Notes: a model not told the origin generated them from the letters alone. DNA of 62,211 nt, filler included, from Chiloscyllium plagiosum (GCF_004010195.1; 3 parts of one record of this genome joined end to end with filler, not necessarily neighbours in it); one strand, 5' to 3'. Shown: positions 25,631 to 39,019, numbered from the whole stretch's first letter. Made by a program: numbers and translations.

Positions 25631-27184
25631 AGCAGATGGGAAAGCAAGACACAGCTTCAGGGTTAGAATTGTCCAAGTAGTACACAGGTGGCTATCACTT
25701 TCAGAAGCATTTGTTAATTTTATGTTTTAAAGATCTGTAATCAAATCTATTGAAAAATTATTTAACTGACTAGTTTGCTGGTTTAACCCTTTCCTGAACA
25801 GATTTTAACCTGCTGGTAGTTGAATCTTTGTCACTCACAATTAAAAGTTTGCTTCCAAAACCTTTGCAGATATAAATCTGCTTGGTATTTTTATAGACGT
25901 TGAAAGTCTACTGTGATTGCATATTAATCATTAATTATAGTAACGTGGAGGCATTTTGGAAATATTTCTTCTAATCCAGGAACAAGAAACCAGTTTATGA
26001 TTTGCTCAGGGCATCGATTCTAAAATTACTTTGTACCTAAAGTCATAACTCAACAATAAGGAAGCAGTGGCTTGACAGGCTTTTCTGTAGGGCATAAGAA
26101 AGAAACTAAATCTGCAGAGGGCTGGATTGTGACAATATCTTTGAAGAAGCTGCAAAAGAAATCAAATCAAAGCATTTTTTTTACTGCGTTAGAAGTGATA
26201 CTCATTGCAGAAATACAAAAAGAATAATTTATTCATCAGGTACTGGTTGCAAGCAATAAACATTTTGGCCTCTATTTTGCAGAGGGGAGGTAGGGGTGTG
26301 GATTAACCATAAACTGTCAGCATTGTCACTACCTCGCTGAAACTGACTGAGATTTCAAGATGCTGAACATGCCCAGAATAAGTCGGGACACATGTTGCAG
26401 TGCACTGGTTGCATGGGACCTCCTAAAGCAGCAAACCCACTTCCACATGACTATTAGGTTTAATTGAACTTTATTTAGCAGTGACGTGATTAACAACATT
26501 TGAAGAACAAAGCTGGCCTTGGTAAATTATGTTTAGAATTGTATAGTAGGTATAGTAGAGTATTGGTAAATGATCATTTAGTCAATTTTTAATTAATTTT
26601 CTAAGGCTGTCGAGTATTTTACCTTCAATGAATGTTGTTATATTGAATTTGCTCTTTATAAAATTAGTTAAAAGTGATTTTATTACTTTTTGATTCTTGT
26701 TTGTGTATCCATGAAAATCTACGAGCATGCTTAACTGCTTAGACAGGCTGACATCACTACAACTCCATGCTGGGAATTTCTAAAAATAGAAGGTTGCTAT
26801 CAGGTAGCATTACCACTGCACAGTGCAAAGAGGTGAAATTCTCACTGAGAGATTAACTGATCTCAACAAGAGTCAAGTCATGGTCAGCAGTGACTGACCA
26901 TGCTTCACTGCTCACCATAAACTCCAGGCCAAACTCTATCATTTTCATTTCAGCTCTTTGGAGAATATGTCACCAAGGATCACATCAGTCAGTTGAACAG
27001 CTTGTTGATCCTGCATTTCTAGCCCTGCTCTGCATTATGTGTTTTGTAATAATGACCAATGAAACAGCTAGTTGACCAATAATGGTTAATCCTAAATTGA
27101 ATGTTATCAATATCTATTGTTCCTTTGTTATTCATTTATGCCAAGACAGAATACAATGAATGAGAGACAAAATACATTTAATGA

Positions 27185-27666
27185 GGGCTGGCATGATGAC
27201 TCAGTGGTTAGCACTGCTGCCTCACAGTACCAGGGAGCCAGGTTCAATTAGGTAAAAACAATGACTGCAGATGCTGGAAACCAGAGTCTAGATTAGAGTG
27301 GTGCTGGAAAAGCACAGCAGTTCAGGCAGCATCCGAGAAGTACCACTCCCCACCTCTTCCTCCACTACAGCGAGGAGGTTGAGCAATTCATCAACTTCAC
27401 CAACACATTCCACCCTGACCTTAAATTTACCTGGACCATCTCTGACACCTCCCTCCCCTTCCTGGACCTCTCCATCTCCACCAATGACGACCGACATTTT
27501 TTACAAACCCACCGACTCCCACAGCTCCTTAGATTACATCTCTTCCCACCCTGCCTCCTGCAAAAATGCCATCCCTATTCCCAATTCCTCCACCTCCGCC
27601 GTATCTGCTCCCAGGAGGACCAGTTCCACCACAGAACACACCAAATGGCCTCCTTCTTTAGAGACC
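27185..27666 (+). mobile_element. SINE head followed by a Penelope-like fragment (inverted terminus plus RT C-terminal region), cut by the gap
   Basis: GACTCAGTGGTTAGCACTGC SINE head; RT-like frames (FTNTFHPDLKFTW, DIFYKPTDSHS.LDY.SSHP.SCKNAIP). Confidence 0.75.
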
Positions 27667-27766
27667 NNNNNNNNNNNNNNNNNNNNNNNNNNNNNNNNNN
27701 NNNNNNNNNNTTAATTAATTAANNNNNNNNNNNNNNNNNNNNNNNNNNNNNNNNNNNNNNNNNNNN
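27667..27766. other. Assembly gap/linker (44 N + TTAATTAATTAA + 44 N)
   Basis: Seen directly; identical structure at 40338-40437. Confidence 0.97.
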
Positions 27767-29245
27767 CACCGCATCTACTGCTTTCCCCTCGTCCACCTCC
27801 TTCGTCACCTTTTCAAAGAATTCAATAAGGTTTGTGAGGCACGACTTGCCCTTCACAAAACCATGCTGACTATCCTTGATCACATTATTCCTATCCAGAT
27901 GTTCATAAATCCTATCCCTTACAATTCTCTCCATGATTTTGCCCACAACAGAAGTGAGACTCACCGGCCTATAGTTACTAGGGTTATCCCTACTCCCCTT
28001 CTTGAACAAGGGAACCACATTTGCTATCCTCCAGTCTTCTGGCACTACTCCTGTAGACAACGAGGACATAAAAATTAAGGCCAATGGCTCTGCAATCTCC
28101 TCCCTTGCTTCCCAGAGAATCCTAGGATAAATGCCATCAGGCCCAGGGGACTTATCTATTTTCACCCTTTCCAGAATTTCCAACACCTCTTCTCTACATG
28201 CCTCAAAGCCATCCATTCTACTTAATTGTGACTCAGTATTCACATTGACAATAATGTCCTGTTCCTGATTGAATACTGACGAAAAGTATTCATTCAGTGT
28301 CTCCCCAATCTCTTCCGCCTCCACACGCAACTTCCCCCTACTATCCTTGACTGGACCTATTCCTACCCTAGTCATTTTTTTATTCCTGACATACCTATAG
28401 AAAGCCTTAGGGTTTTCCTTAATCCTACCAACTAACGACTTCTAATGTCCCCTTCTTGCTGCTCTTAGCTCTCTCTTCAGGTCCTTCCTGGCTACCTTAT
28501 AACTCTCAATCGCCCCAATTGAACCTTCACGCCACATCTTTACATTGGCCGCCCTCTTCCATTTAACAAGGCATTCCAATTCCTTATTCAACCACGGCTC
28601 CCTCACACGACCCTTTCCTCCCTGCCTGTCGGGTACATACTTATCAAGGACACTCAATAGTTGCTCCTTGAACAAGCTCCACATATCAATTACGCCCTTG
28701 CCTTGAAGCTTACTTTTCCAAGCCACACATCCTAAGTCATGCCTCACCGCATCATAATTTCCCTGCCCCCAGCTATAATTCTTGCTCTGTAGTGCACACT
28801 TATCCCTCTCCATCACGAGAGTAAAAGTCACCGAATTGTGGTCACTGTCCCCAAAGTGCTCCCTACCTTTAATCCTAACACCTGGCCTGGTTCATTACCC
28901 AGAACCAAATCCAGTATGGCCTCACCTCTTGTTGGCCTATCTACATATTGTGTCAGGAAACCCTCCTGCACACATTGGACAAACACTGACCCATCTAATG
29001 AACTTGAAATATAGCTTTCCCAATCAATATCAGGAAAGTTAAAGTCCCCCATAACAACCACCCTATTACTTTCACTCTTCTCTTGAATCTTCCTCGCAAT
29101 CCTTTCTTCCACGTTTCTAGGACTATTAGGTGGCCTGTAAAAAACTCCTAACACGGTGAGCTCACCTTTCCTATTCCTAACCTCAGCCCAAACTACCTCA
29201 GATGGCGAGTCTTCATCCATCGTCCTTTCCACCGCTGTAATACTA
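27767..29245 (-). mobile_element. Relatively young CR1 LINE ORF2 (APE endonuclease to RT), frameshifted and cut by the gap
   Basis: ORFs 28828-29232 (YRPPNS, MGDFNFPDIDW), 28442-28831 and 27719-28375 (KSPGPDGIYPR, NYRPVSLTS, QHGF). Confidence 0.92.
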
Positions 29246-29604
29246 AATAAACTATCAGAAAATTATTTACAAATCTTCAACTGCCTATATTTGGCAACTG
29301 TGGTTGCAAACCTCCTAAAATCAAGATGTCTGGGCTAATCAAACTGTAGGAGGTTCACTTTGAGAACTGTGTACCTTTCCTTTTACCTCACTCATTACCT
29401 CTTTTATTTTCCACTACTCTTACCACCTGGCAACTCTTGATTCTCCTTATGCTCTTCCCTGCAATACCTTTTCAGCACGTTTATGCGATATAACCCATCT
29501 TCTATTGATCAGGGATTTTTATCAGGTAACTACTTTATGTGGACTATTGAACTTTGCTTTCAAAGATTCAATATCAATACTTCAATTTCCACCTTAGCCA
29601 CTTA

Positions 29605-30228
29605 GGTTATAGAATCATAGTCATAAAGCAAGGAAATAGACCCTTTAGTCCAACTCAACTGCGTTGACCACATATCCTAATCTGATCTAGTCCCATTTGT
29701 TGGCATTTAGCCAATTTCCCTCTAAACCCTTCCTATTCTATATGCACCCAGACGCCTTTTAAATATTGTAATTGTACCCACCTCCACCACTTCCTCTGGC
29801 AGCTCATTCCCTACATGTACCACTCTCTGCATTAAAAGGTTACCCCTCAGGTCCTTTTTAAATCTTGCCCCTCTCTCCTTAAACCTTTATCCTCTAGTTT
29901 TGGATTCCCAATCCCTGGAAAAAGACCTTGGCTATTCACCCTATCGATACCCCTCATAAATTTTATAAAATCCCATTCTCTGATAGTCCAGGGAAAAAAA
30001 CTCCAACCTATTCAGCCTCTCCCTATAGATCAAACCTCCCCCCCCCCCCCACCCAGGCAGCATCCTTGTAAATCTTTTCTGCACCCTCTCAAGTTTAACA
30101 ATATCGTTCTTATAGAAGGGTGACCAGAATTGTATGCAGTATTCCAAACATTGCCTCATCAATGTCCTGTACAGTTGTAACAATGACATCCCAGCTCCTA
30201 TACTCATATTATGATCAATGAAAGCAAA
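29605..30228 (-). mobile_element. CR1 LINE 3' end
   Basis: ORF 29941-30207 (LYRTLMRQCLEYCIQFWSP..LERVQKRFTRMLPG); CTATGATTCTAT-type tail. Confidence 0.85.
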
Positions 30229-30423
30229 ATTTAAATGGCTAAATCCAGTAGATTCATTTGAAGAGTTTCTAGTAGCAAATAATTTAAAAAGTTAATCATT
30301 TGCCCCAATCCAGTGGGTATTCATGATAGTGTGCCTTAGGTAAGGTGTTCAGAGTCTATTAGCATCTCTTCAAAGCTCCCCATGTTTGCAGATATAATGG
30401 AATTGACTTCAATTGTTTTATTC

Positions 30424-31083
30424 TGTCATCAACCAGGCCAGACACTCTCAAAGCATTTCAAGAAGGCAGTCCAGACCCCAACTATTCTAGTTGCTTTAAG
30501 CAGATGTAAGGTGGATATTCCAGGAGTGATGCAGCTGGTCAAAACACTTAGTTTTAAACAAAACAGAATTTATTTACAGAGCACTATATGAAACACAAGC
30601 AAAAGAAAACAGAATTTGGAATAACAAGTATTTGAATATCCTACCAACACAATATCATCCGCAACTTAACAAAGAGCTATTCGGATTTCCTACAGCATCT
30701 TATAAACACACCCTTTGGCAAAAAGGTAAATTCAAAAACAGGTTCTTAGAGGGGAGAGAGACTGTAGAGAGATTCAGCTAGGGATCATTGGCTGAAACAT
30801 GGAACCTCATTTTTTTTTAAGCAGCACCTCGATGTTCCCAGCTAAAACTAAATCAAAGTAGAAAAATCCCTGAACTGGGAGAACTGGCCACTCCTCTTTC
30901 ATTGTACAATTGTTTTTATAAGAAAACCCTAAAAGCCTTTTCTCGGATCGGTGCTTTAGGCAATATCTGTTAGCCATAATCAAAGTGGCTAATTCCAATC
31001 AAATCAAAATCTCTGCCTTTTATAACCCCTTTTGATAAAAGCCAAGAACAACATAACCTTGTTAAAAGAGCTGCATCGTCACA
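30424..31083 (-). mobile_element. Solo LTR (Gypsy-type), copy 2, with 4-bp TSD
   Basis: TGTCAT...GTCACA termini; TSD ATTC at 30420-30423 and 31084-31087; homologous to 1484-2106. Confidence 0.85.
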
Positions 31084-31199
31084 ATTCTTAAATGGCTAAT
31101 GATTTCCTGAAACATCTTAAACATGAAATCAGAACCCTGATCAGCTGTATCTCAGTTGATAGTCTATAATGAATAAAAAATTGTGTCAACTATCTACTA

Positions 31200-31547
31200 C
31201 AGGTAGACAGCCCTTTATCTGAAACTCCGAAATCTGAAAAGCTCCAAAGTCCGAAGGTTTTTTTGTGAAGTTTTTTTCTCATTAACAAGGTTGTTTTACG
31301 TGCAAACAGTTAACCCAAGTCGACACCCACTCGATACATGTCACACAGATGCGACGTGGGAGGGCGTTGCCCAGCACTGGCAGGCCTCAATTCTGTTTCA
31401 GGGCCTGTTTTACTCAGTGAGTCTGCTTGTCTGGTAAGATTTTTAAAAATTTCACCATCAAACTGTCACTTATTCTGAAATTTGAAAATTTCCGAATTCC
31501 GAAAGCCAGCTGGTCCTGAGCATTTCGGATTAAGGATTGTGCATCTG
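31200..31547. mobile_element. Tc1/mariner (Tigger/pogo-like) MITE with TA TSD
   Basis: TA|CAGGTAGACAGCCCTTTATCTGAAA ... TTTCGGATTAAGGATTGTGCATCTG|TA; the TIRs match at 18/25. Confidence 0.8.
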
Positions 31548-31604
31548 TACTACCTTAGCAGTAGTTGTCTTCAAATGAATAACCTCTGAGAATTAAGTTG
31601 TCAT

Positions 31605-32075
31605 TTGAGTTATTATTGTCACATGTACCGAGATACAGTGAAAAGTATTGTTTTGTGGGTTATCCAGGCAAATCACACCTTACCCCAGGGTCATAGAACA
31701 GAATGCAGAATAGTGTTATAGCTACAGAGAAGGTACAGAGAAGACCCACTCTAATATACGAGAAGTCCATTCATCAGGCTGATAACAGCAGGGAAGAAGC
31801 TGTTCTTGAATTTGTTGGTATGTGTTTTCAAACTTATGTATCTTCTGCCCAGGTGGAAGAGAGCATAACCAGGGTGGGAGTGGTCTTTGATTACGTTGGC
31901 TGCTTTCCCAAGGCAGCAGCAAGTATAGACAGAGTCAATGGAAGGAAGGCTAGTTTTTATGATGGACTGGGCTGTATTCATAACTTTGGAATTTCTTGCA
32001 GTCTTGGGAAGAGTAGTTGCCATACCAAGCTGTGATGCATCCAGATAGGATGCTTTCTATGGTGCATCTATAAAA
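31605..32075 (-). mobile_element. Rex1/Babar-like LINE 3' end
   Basis: ORF 31751-32023 (IKDHSHPGYALF..GRRYISLKTHTNKFKNSFFPAVISLMN). Confidence 0.75.
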
Positions 32076-33090
32076 ATTGGCATATAATTGGTATCCTATC
32101 CATAATTGTGAGGATATACTGATGTCCTAATATCATTTTTGGTAATAGTTGTATACTATCCATTGACACTTGACTAAACAATTCTTGAAAAATTGATATA
32201 GATAACAAAAGTGCTGGTCTGATTACATGTTGGAGTTTTCCTACCGCTTAACATGTATGATATGTTGGATTTACAGAACTGCACTACATCTTTATGGCAT
32301 GTCTGGCCACATAAAATAGCTGACAATCAATTCCTGCATCTTCCATATTCCTATGTGCTCTGCCATAGGTACTTCATGTGCTCCCCACATTAACGTCTTG
32401 TGATAGCTTGACGGTACCACTATTAGATGAACTGTCTACTCTTTATCTCCAGGTCTGAGAGATGTCTTCAGTTCCTCATCAAAACTCCTTTTGTAATGTA
32501 ATTACACTCTGGAATAATTTGAGCCTCAGCTTCACTGTAAATTGTCTTTACTAACTTACTCAAGTCTGGATATGCTTCTAGAACCTCAATTAATAGAGAC
32601 ACGGCAAACATTTTTTAAAATTATCCTCATTCATAAGTAGAATTTGAGCTACCCTAAAATTTGCATGTGATATTACTTATGAACTCTGAGGATGGACTTT
32701 ATTTAGTCATTGTTCTGGTTACATGTGATGAAAAAATACCCAGTACCTATTTCTGCAACTATTCCATTTCTTTGCCTATAATCATAGAAAGGCTAATTGA
32801 GGCTAAAGTCATGACATTCACACCTGCCAAATCATTCCCCAGGAGTAAATCAACTCCACCTGCAGATAAGTTCTTCACTACTCCAACTACCACTAGTCCA
32901 GACAACAAGCCACACTTCAATGGAAATATAACATACTCTCCTCTCATCCTATTTACCAACACTGTGGCTTTCAATTAAAAGGGAGAAAACTAAATCCTTC
33001 TCCAGCAAGCGAGCTGGAGTAGTACTGTATTTTCTTGAATAGTTATGGGCTTGGAATTTTATTGTCCATCCATAGCTGCCCTTGAGAAGG

Positions 33091-33150
33091 TTAAGGTTAG
33101 GGTTAGGGTTAGGGTTAGGGTGAGGGTGAAGATTGGGGTCAGGTTAGGGT
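33091..33150 (+). repeat. Short interstitial telomeric repeat (TTAGGG)4 with degenerate flanking units
   Basis: TTAAGG (TTAGGG)4 TGAGGG...TTAGGG seen directly; the perfect units span 33097-33120. Confidence 0.85.
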
Positions 33151-33748
33151 GTGTGAGTCCTTTGACCTTTTTAAATTAACTACAGGTGGTGGGTCCATCC
33201 TTTTTTCAATTCATTCGTGAAGGGTGGGTATCACCGACTGGCCAGTATTTATTGTTTGTCCCTAGTTGCCCTTGAGAAGGTAATGGTGAGCTGTCTTCTT
33301 GAACTGCTGCAGTCCACATGCTGTGTGACCCACAATGCCTTTAGGGAGGCAATTCCAGGATTCTGACCCACCAACAGTGAAGGAATGATGCTATGTTTTC
33401 AAGGCAGAATGGTGAGTGGCTTGAAGTGGAAATTGCAAGTGGTGGTGTTTCCATGTATCCATCACCCTTCTCCTTCTTTTGGAAATATTGTAGTGCTGTA
33501 TAAGGGTCTTTGGTGAATTTCTGCAGTGCATCTTGGAGACAGTATGCAATGCTACTACTGAGTGTATTTATGTGGTGAGCCCAGTTGAGTTTTTGATCAA
33601 TGGTAACACCCAATATGTTGATAGTGGGATTTCAGTAATGGTAATACTATTGAATGTCAAGGGGCAGAGGTTGGATTGTCCCTTATTGAGGATGGTCATA
33701 GCGTGGCATTTGTGTGGCACAAATGTTACTATCACTTATCAGTCCAAG

Positions 33749-33942
33749 GAAAAAGTGAGGGCTGCAGATGCTGGAGATCAGAGTTGAGAGTGTGGTGCTG
33801 AAAAAGCATCCAAGGAGCAAGAGAATCGACGTTTCAGGCACATGCCCTTCATCAGGAATGAAGGGCTTATGCCCGAAACGTCGATTTTCCTGCTCTCTGG
33901 ATGCTGCCTGACCTGCTGTGCTTTTTCAGCACCACACTCTCG
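33749..33942. mobile_element. Penelope-derived fold-back insertion with 15-bp TSD
   Basis: Inverted arms; TSD ACTT(A/G)TCAGTCCAAG at 33734-33748 and 33943-33957. Confidence 0.8.
33822..33860 (-). ncRNA. Minimal type I hammerhead ribozyme motif
   Basis: Minus strand CAUUC-CUGAUGA-A-GGGC-AUGU-GCCU-GAAA-C-GUC-GAUU: both conserved core boxes, a 4-bp stem II, a palindromic ACGU stem III and a GUC cleavage triplet. Confidence 0.7.
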
Positions 33943-34844
33943 ACTTGTCAGTCCAAGCATGGATATTGTCCACATCTTGTTGCATTTAAACATATACTAC
34001 TTAGTACCTGAGAAGTCACGAATGGTGCTGAACATTGCTGATTGCACAATGATCATCCCCGCTTCTGACTTTACAATGGAGGGAAGGTCATTGATGAAAT
34101 AGCTGAAGATGGTTGGGGCTAAGACACTACCCTGAGAAACTCTGGCAGAGATGTCTTGGTGATCTCCAACAACCATGACCATCTTCCTATATGCTAGGTA
34201 TGACTCCAACCAACAAAGAGTTTGCCTTCTGGTTCCCACTGATTCCAGTTTGGCTAGGGCTCCTTAATGCCACACTCAGTCAAATGTGGCCTTGACATCA
34301 AGGGCTATCACTCTCACTTCACCACAGGAATTCGGCTCTTTTGTCCATGTTTGAAGCAAGACTGCAATGAGGACAGGGTTTGGGGCTCGCGAGGGCCACC
34401 CAAACTGGGCATCACTAAGCAGGTGCTGCTTAATAGCACTACTGATTATACTTTCCATCACTTTAGTGATGATCGAGACTAGACTGTTGGGGCAGGCATT
34501 AGCCATGTTGAATTTGTCCTGCATTTTATGTACAGGACATACCTGGGTAATTTTCCACATTGTCAAGTGGATGCTAGTGTTGTAACTGTACTAGAAAAGC
34601 AAGAAAAGCTTGGCAAAGGGAGCAACAAGTTCAGGAGCACAAGTCTCCATTGCATAATTGGAATGTTTTCAGGGCCCAATAACCTTTGCAATATCCAGTG
34701 TCTCCAATAATTTCTTGAAATCACATCGAGTGAAACAAATTGATTAAAGACTGGTATCTATAACGCTGGGAAGTAAAGGAGAAGGTCAAGATGGATCATT
34801 TGCATTGTGAATACTCCAGCCTTGTCTTTTGCACTGTGACAACA

Positions 34845-36997
34845 TCATAGAGTCATAGAGATGTATTGCACGGAAACAGACCCTTAGTCCAACTCGTCCT
34901 TGCTGTCCAGACTTCTCAACCTAATCTAGTGCCACTTGCCAGCACTAGTCCCAAATCCCTCTAAACCCTTCCTATTCCTGTATCATCCAGAAGCCTTTTA
35001 AATGTTGTAATCGTACCAGCCTTCACAACTTCGTCTGGCAACTCATTCCATACATGTACCACCCTCTGCATGAAAATGTTGCCCCTTAGGTCCCTTTTAA
35101 ATTTTTCCCCTCTCACCATAAACCTGTGCCTTCTAGTTCTGGACTCCCCTACCCCAAGGAAAAGACCTTACTTATTTGCCCTCTCCGTGCCCCTCATGAT
35201 TTTATAAACCTCTATAAAGGTCACCCAACGCTCTAGGGAAAACATCCCAATCCTATTCAGCTTCTCCCTGTAGCTCAAATCCTCCAACCCTGGCAACATC
35301 CTTGTAAATTGTTTCTGAACCCTTTCAAGTTTCACAACATCCTCCCGATATCAGGGAGACCAGAATTGCATGCAATATTCCAACAATGGCCCCTAATCAA
35401 TGTCCTGTACAGTCGCAACATGCCCTCCCAACACCTACACTTAATGCTCTGACCAATAAGGAAAAGCATACCACACGCCTTCTTCATTATCAAGGAACTA
35501 TGAACCTGCACTCCAAGGTCTCTTTGTTCAGCATTGCTCCCTTGAACCTTACCACTAAGTGTAAAGTCCTGCTCTGATTTGCTTTTCCAAAATGCAGCAC
35601 CTCACATTTATCTAAATCAAACTCCATCTGCCACTTCTCAGCCCATTGGCCCATCTGATCAAGATCCCATTGTACTCCGAGGTAACTTTCTTCACTGTCC
35701 ACTATACCTCCAGTTTTGGTGTCATCTGCAAACTTACTAACCATGCTAATGTTCACATCCAAATCATTTATATAAAATGACAAAAAGCAGTGGACCCAGC
35801 ACAAATCCTTGTGGCATACCATTGGTTACAGGCCTCCAGTCTAAAAAGCAACCCACCACCACCACCCTCTCTGTCTTCTACCTTTAAGCTAGTTCTGTAT
35901 CCAAATAGCTAATTCTCGCTGTATTCCATGAGGCCGAACCTTGCTAACCAGTCTACCATGAGGAACCTTGTCAAACGCCTTACTGAAGTCCATATAGATC
36001 ATGTCAGGCACTCTGCCCTCATTAATCCTCTTTGTTACTTCATTTAAAAACTCAATCAAGTTTGTAAGACATGATTTCCCACCCACAAAGCCATGCTGAC
36101 TATCCCTAATCAGTCCTTACCTTTCCAAATACATGTAAATCCTGTGCCTCGATTTTAACTCCAACAACTTGCCCATTATCGATGTCAGGCCCAGTCTATA
36201 GTTCTCTGGCTTTTCCTTACCACCTTTCTTAAACAGTGGCACCACGTTAGCCAACCTCCAATCTTCCAGCACCTCACCGGTGACTATCGAGGATACAGAT
36301 ATCTCACTGAGGAGTCCAGTAATCACTTCCCTAGTTTCCCACAGAGTTCTAGGGTACACCTGATCAGGTTCTGGGGATTTATCCACCTTTATAAATTTTA
36401 AGACATCCAGCACCTCCTCTGTAATATGGACATTTTTCAAGATGTCACCATCTATTTCCCCACATTCTATATCTTCCATGTCCTTCTCCACAGTAAACAC
36501 TGATGCAAAATACTCGTTTAGTATCTCCCCCATCCTGTGGTTCCACACAAAGGCTGCCTTGCTGATCTTTGAAGAGCCCTATTCTATCCCTAGTTACCCT
36601 TTCCTCTTTAATATATTTAATATAAATAAAATCCCTTTGGATTCTCCTTAACCCTATTTGCTAAAGCTACCTCATGTCTCCTTTTTGCCCTCCTGATTTC
36701 TCTCTTAAGTACACTCCTATTGCCCTTATATGCTAAGGATTCACTCGATCTCTCCTATCTATACCTGACATATGCTTTCTTCTTTTTCTTAACCAAAACC
36801 TCAAATTCTCTAGTCATCCAGCATTCCCTACATTTACCAGCCTTGCCTTTCACGCTAACAGAAATATACATTCTCTGGACTCTGGCTATCTCATTTTTGA
36901 AAGCTTCCCATTTTCCAGCCGTTCCTTTACCTGCGAACATCAGCCCCTAATCAACTTGCCTAATACCATCAAAATTGGCCATCCTTCAATTTAGAAC
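34845..36997 (-). mobile_element. 5'-truncated CR1 (HER1-like) LINE
   Basis: ORFs 36755-36940, 36117-36548, 35889-36086 and 35490-35822 (FADDTK); CTCTATGACTCTATG tail; same family as 17665-19950. Confidence 0.9.
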
Positions 36998-37193
36998 GTG
37001 CCAGGCCATGAGATTGCAGATTGTGCTGGCATACAATTCTGCTACTGTTGATCTCTGACAGCACCTTATGGATGCTCAGTCATGAGATACTGGATTTGTT
37101 CAAAGTCTGCCCCAGTTAGTATGGTGGTAGTGCCATACAGTACAATAGAGGTTATTCTCAACATGAATGAACCCAGGTCCATATCAGAGGTTA

Positions 37194-37515
37194 CATCATT
37201 GAATCCCCTCAGTGTGGAAGCAGACCATTCAGCCCATTGAGTCTACATTGACCCTCCAAAGAGCATCCCACCCAGACCACAGCCAACCCCAGCACTGAAA
37301 CTCGGCATTTCCCAACCTAACCTGCATATCCCTAGACACTATGGGCAATTTAGCATGGCCAATCCACCTAACCTGCAAACCTTTGGACTGTGGGAGAAAA
37401 CCCATGCAGACACAGGGAGAATGTGTCCACATAGACAGTCACCTAAGGTTGGAATTGAACCCAGGTCCCTGGCGCTGCGAGGCTGCAGTGCTAACCATTG
37501 AGCCATCGAGCCAAC
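37194..37515 (-). mobile_element. HE1-like tRNA-derived SINE
   Basis: Head GGCTCAATGGTTAGCACTGCAGCCTC...GGTTCAATTCC; central TGGATTGGCCATGCTAAATTGCCC; LINE-like tail. Confidence 0.8.
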
Positions 37516-39019
37516 GTGAAGGCAGATCTTCATCTCCACAAGGACTGTGCGGTGGTCATTCTTACTTATACTGTCATGAATAGATGCATTTGCAGCTGAC
37601 AGATTGGTAAGGATAATATGTTTTTCCCTCTTGTTGGTTCCTGCACCACCTGCTGCAGATCCAGTCTAGCAGCTATGTCCTTTAGGGCCCAACCAGCTCA
37701 ATCAGTGGTGTTGCTCCCAATCCACTCAGTGGTAGACTAAGAAATTCCCCCATCTAGAGTTCATTTGTGTCCTTTCTACCTTCAGTGCTCCCTCCAAGTG
37801 TAATTAATAGAGGAGTACCGATTCATCAGCAGATGGAGGGCAGTATGTAGTAACCAGCAAGCGGTCCCCTGTTTCTTCCATTGTCTTTTCCAGTGCCTAG
37901 GTGAGTGCCACGTGCTCCATCTGGTTTTATTTCTTTGAAACTTTGTCACAGTTGATACAACTGAATGGCTTGCTAGGCCACTTCAGAGGACAGTTGAGAG
38001 TCAACCACATTGTTGTGGATCTGGAGTCACATGTAAGTCAGACCAGCATGGCAGATTTCCTTCCCAGAAGGACATTAGTGAAGCTTCCTTTTGATACAAC
38101 ATTTTTACATCTCACCCGCCATATGTCCGTCTTCAACACTCACATCAGTGTCTACCTCTGGTCTCTTCATTACAGTTAATCTACCATCTGATCTGTGGTC
38201 TTTTTCTTCCAAGTTTCCTTTCCAGACTAATCCTTAATAGCTTCAATAAGTCTTATGGATTTTTCTTTCAATTTGCAACATTCTAAACAAACATGTCCTA
38301 TCTTGTTATAATGAAAACATGCTGGATTCCAATTTTCACCTTCATCCAAGTACTTTCTTGCTTGGTCCAAGGAGGAGACCTTGGAGCCTTCCCAGCAATC
38401 TACTCCTTACCTTGCTTACTTGCCTTCCTTTCACCTTCCCACTTTCTCTCTCTTTTAAATATATGAGGGTGACAGAAAAAATGTTCAGTTTTATGGATTA
38501 ACCCATAATCATCATTCATTTATGCTACCCATCTAGCAGTTAAATCCAACATGGGTTCTTATTATAGAAGGTAGTGAATTTAGAAATTCCCCTAAGAGAA
38601 CAACCTCTCTCAGAGCTTCAAACATGATTTCAGCTTCTAATGCTCTATATACTGGTCAAAATTACTTTGTTTAACCCTCTCAAATTCAATTTAGGTTTGC
38701 CCAGGCTGCCTCCTTAAATTCCGGAACCTTTGTGTGTGTGCCTCCACCACTAAATCATATGCAGCCAATAGTTTCCTTCACTTCACTGCATCATAGTCTC
38801 AAGAAACATCCTCTGACAATGAAACATAAATTTTCTGTGCTTTACCTGTCAATTTACTATGGATAGACAAAGTTGAATCCTCTTTTGCCCAATTCATTTT
38901 CTCAGCTATTTTCTGAAAAGAAATGAGGAATCCTCTACAGTCTTTTCCTAAAATTTTAGAAGGGCCTAGACGAACTTAAACATTTCCTCACTGATCATCA
39001 AATTATGATTCAGACCCAT

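Larger units (their letters stand above)
33200..38080 (-). mobile_element. Old CR1-clade LINE, interrupted by a Penelope fold-back, a younger CR1 and a SINE
   Basis: ORFs 34276-34566 (WKITQVCPVHK..ALDVKATFD) and 33997-34239 (VSQGSVLAPTIFSYFINDLP); the 3' tail lies at 33210-33400; related sequence resumes after about 37000. Confidence 0.7.

Noticed and set aside
27185..27250. tRNA gene
   Set aside because: A/B-box-like SINE head without a full cloverleaf; the same head occurs in the SINEs at 23243-23505 and 37194-37515.
27711..27722. TTAATTAATTAA palindrome as a regulatory or piggyBac site
   Set aside because: Centred in N runs twice with identical spacing, so it is an artificial linker.
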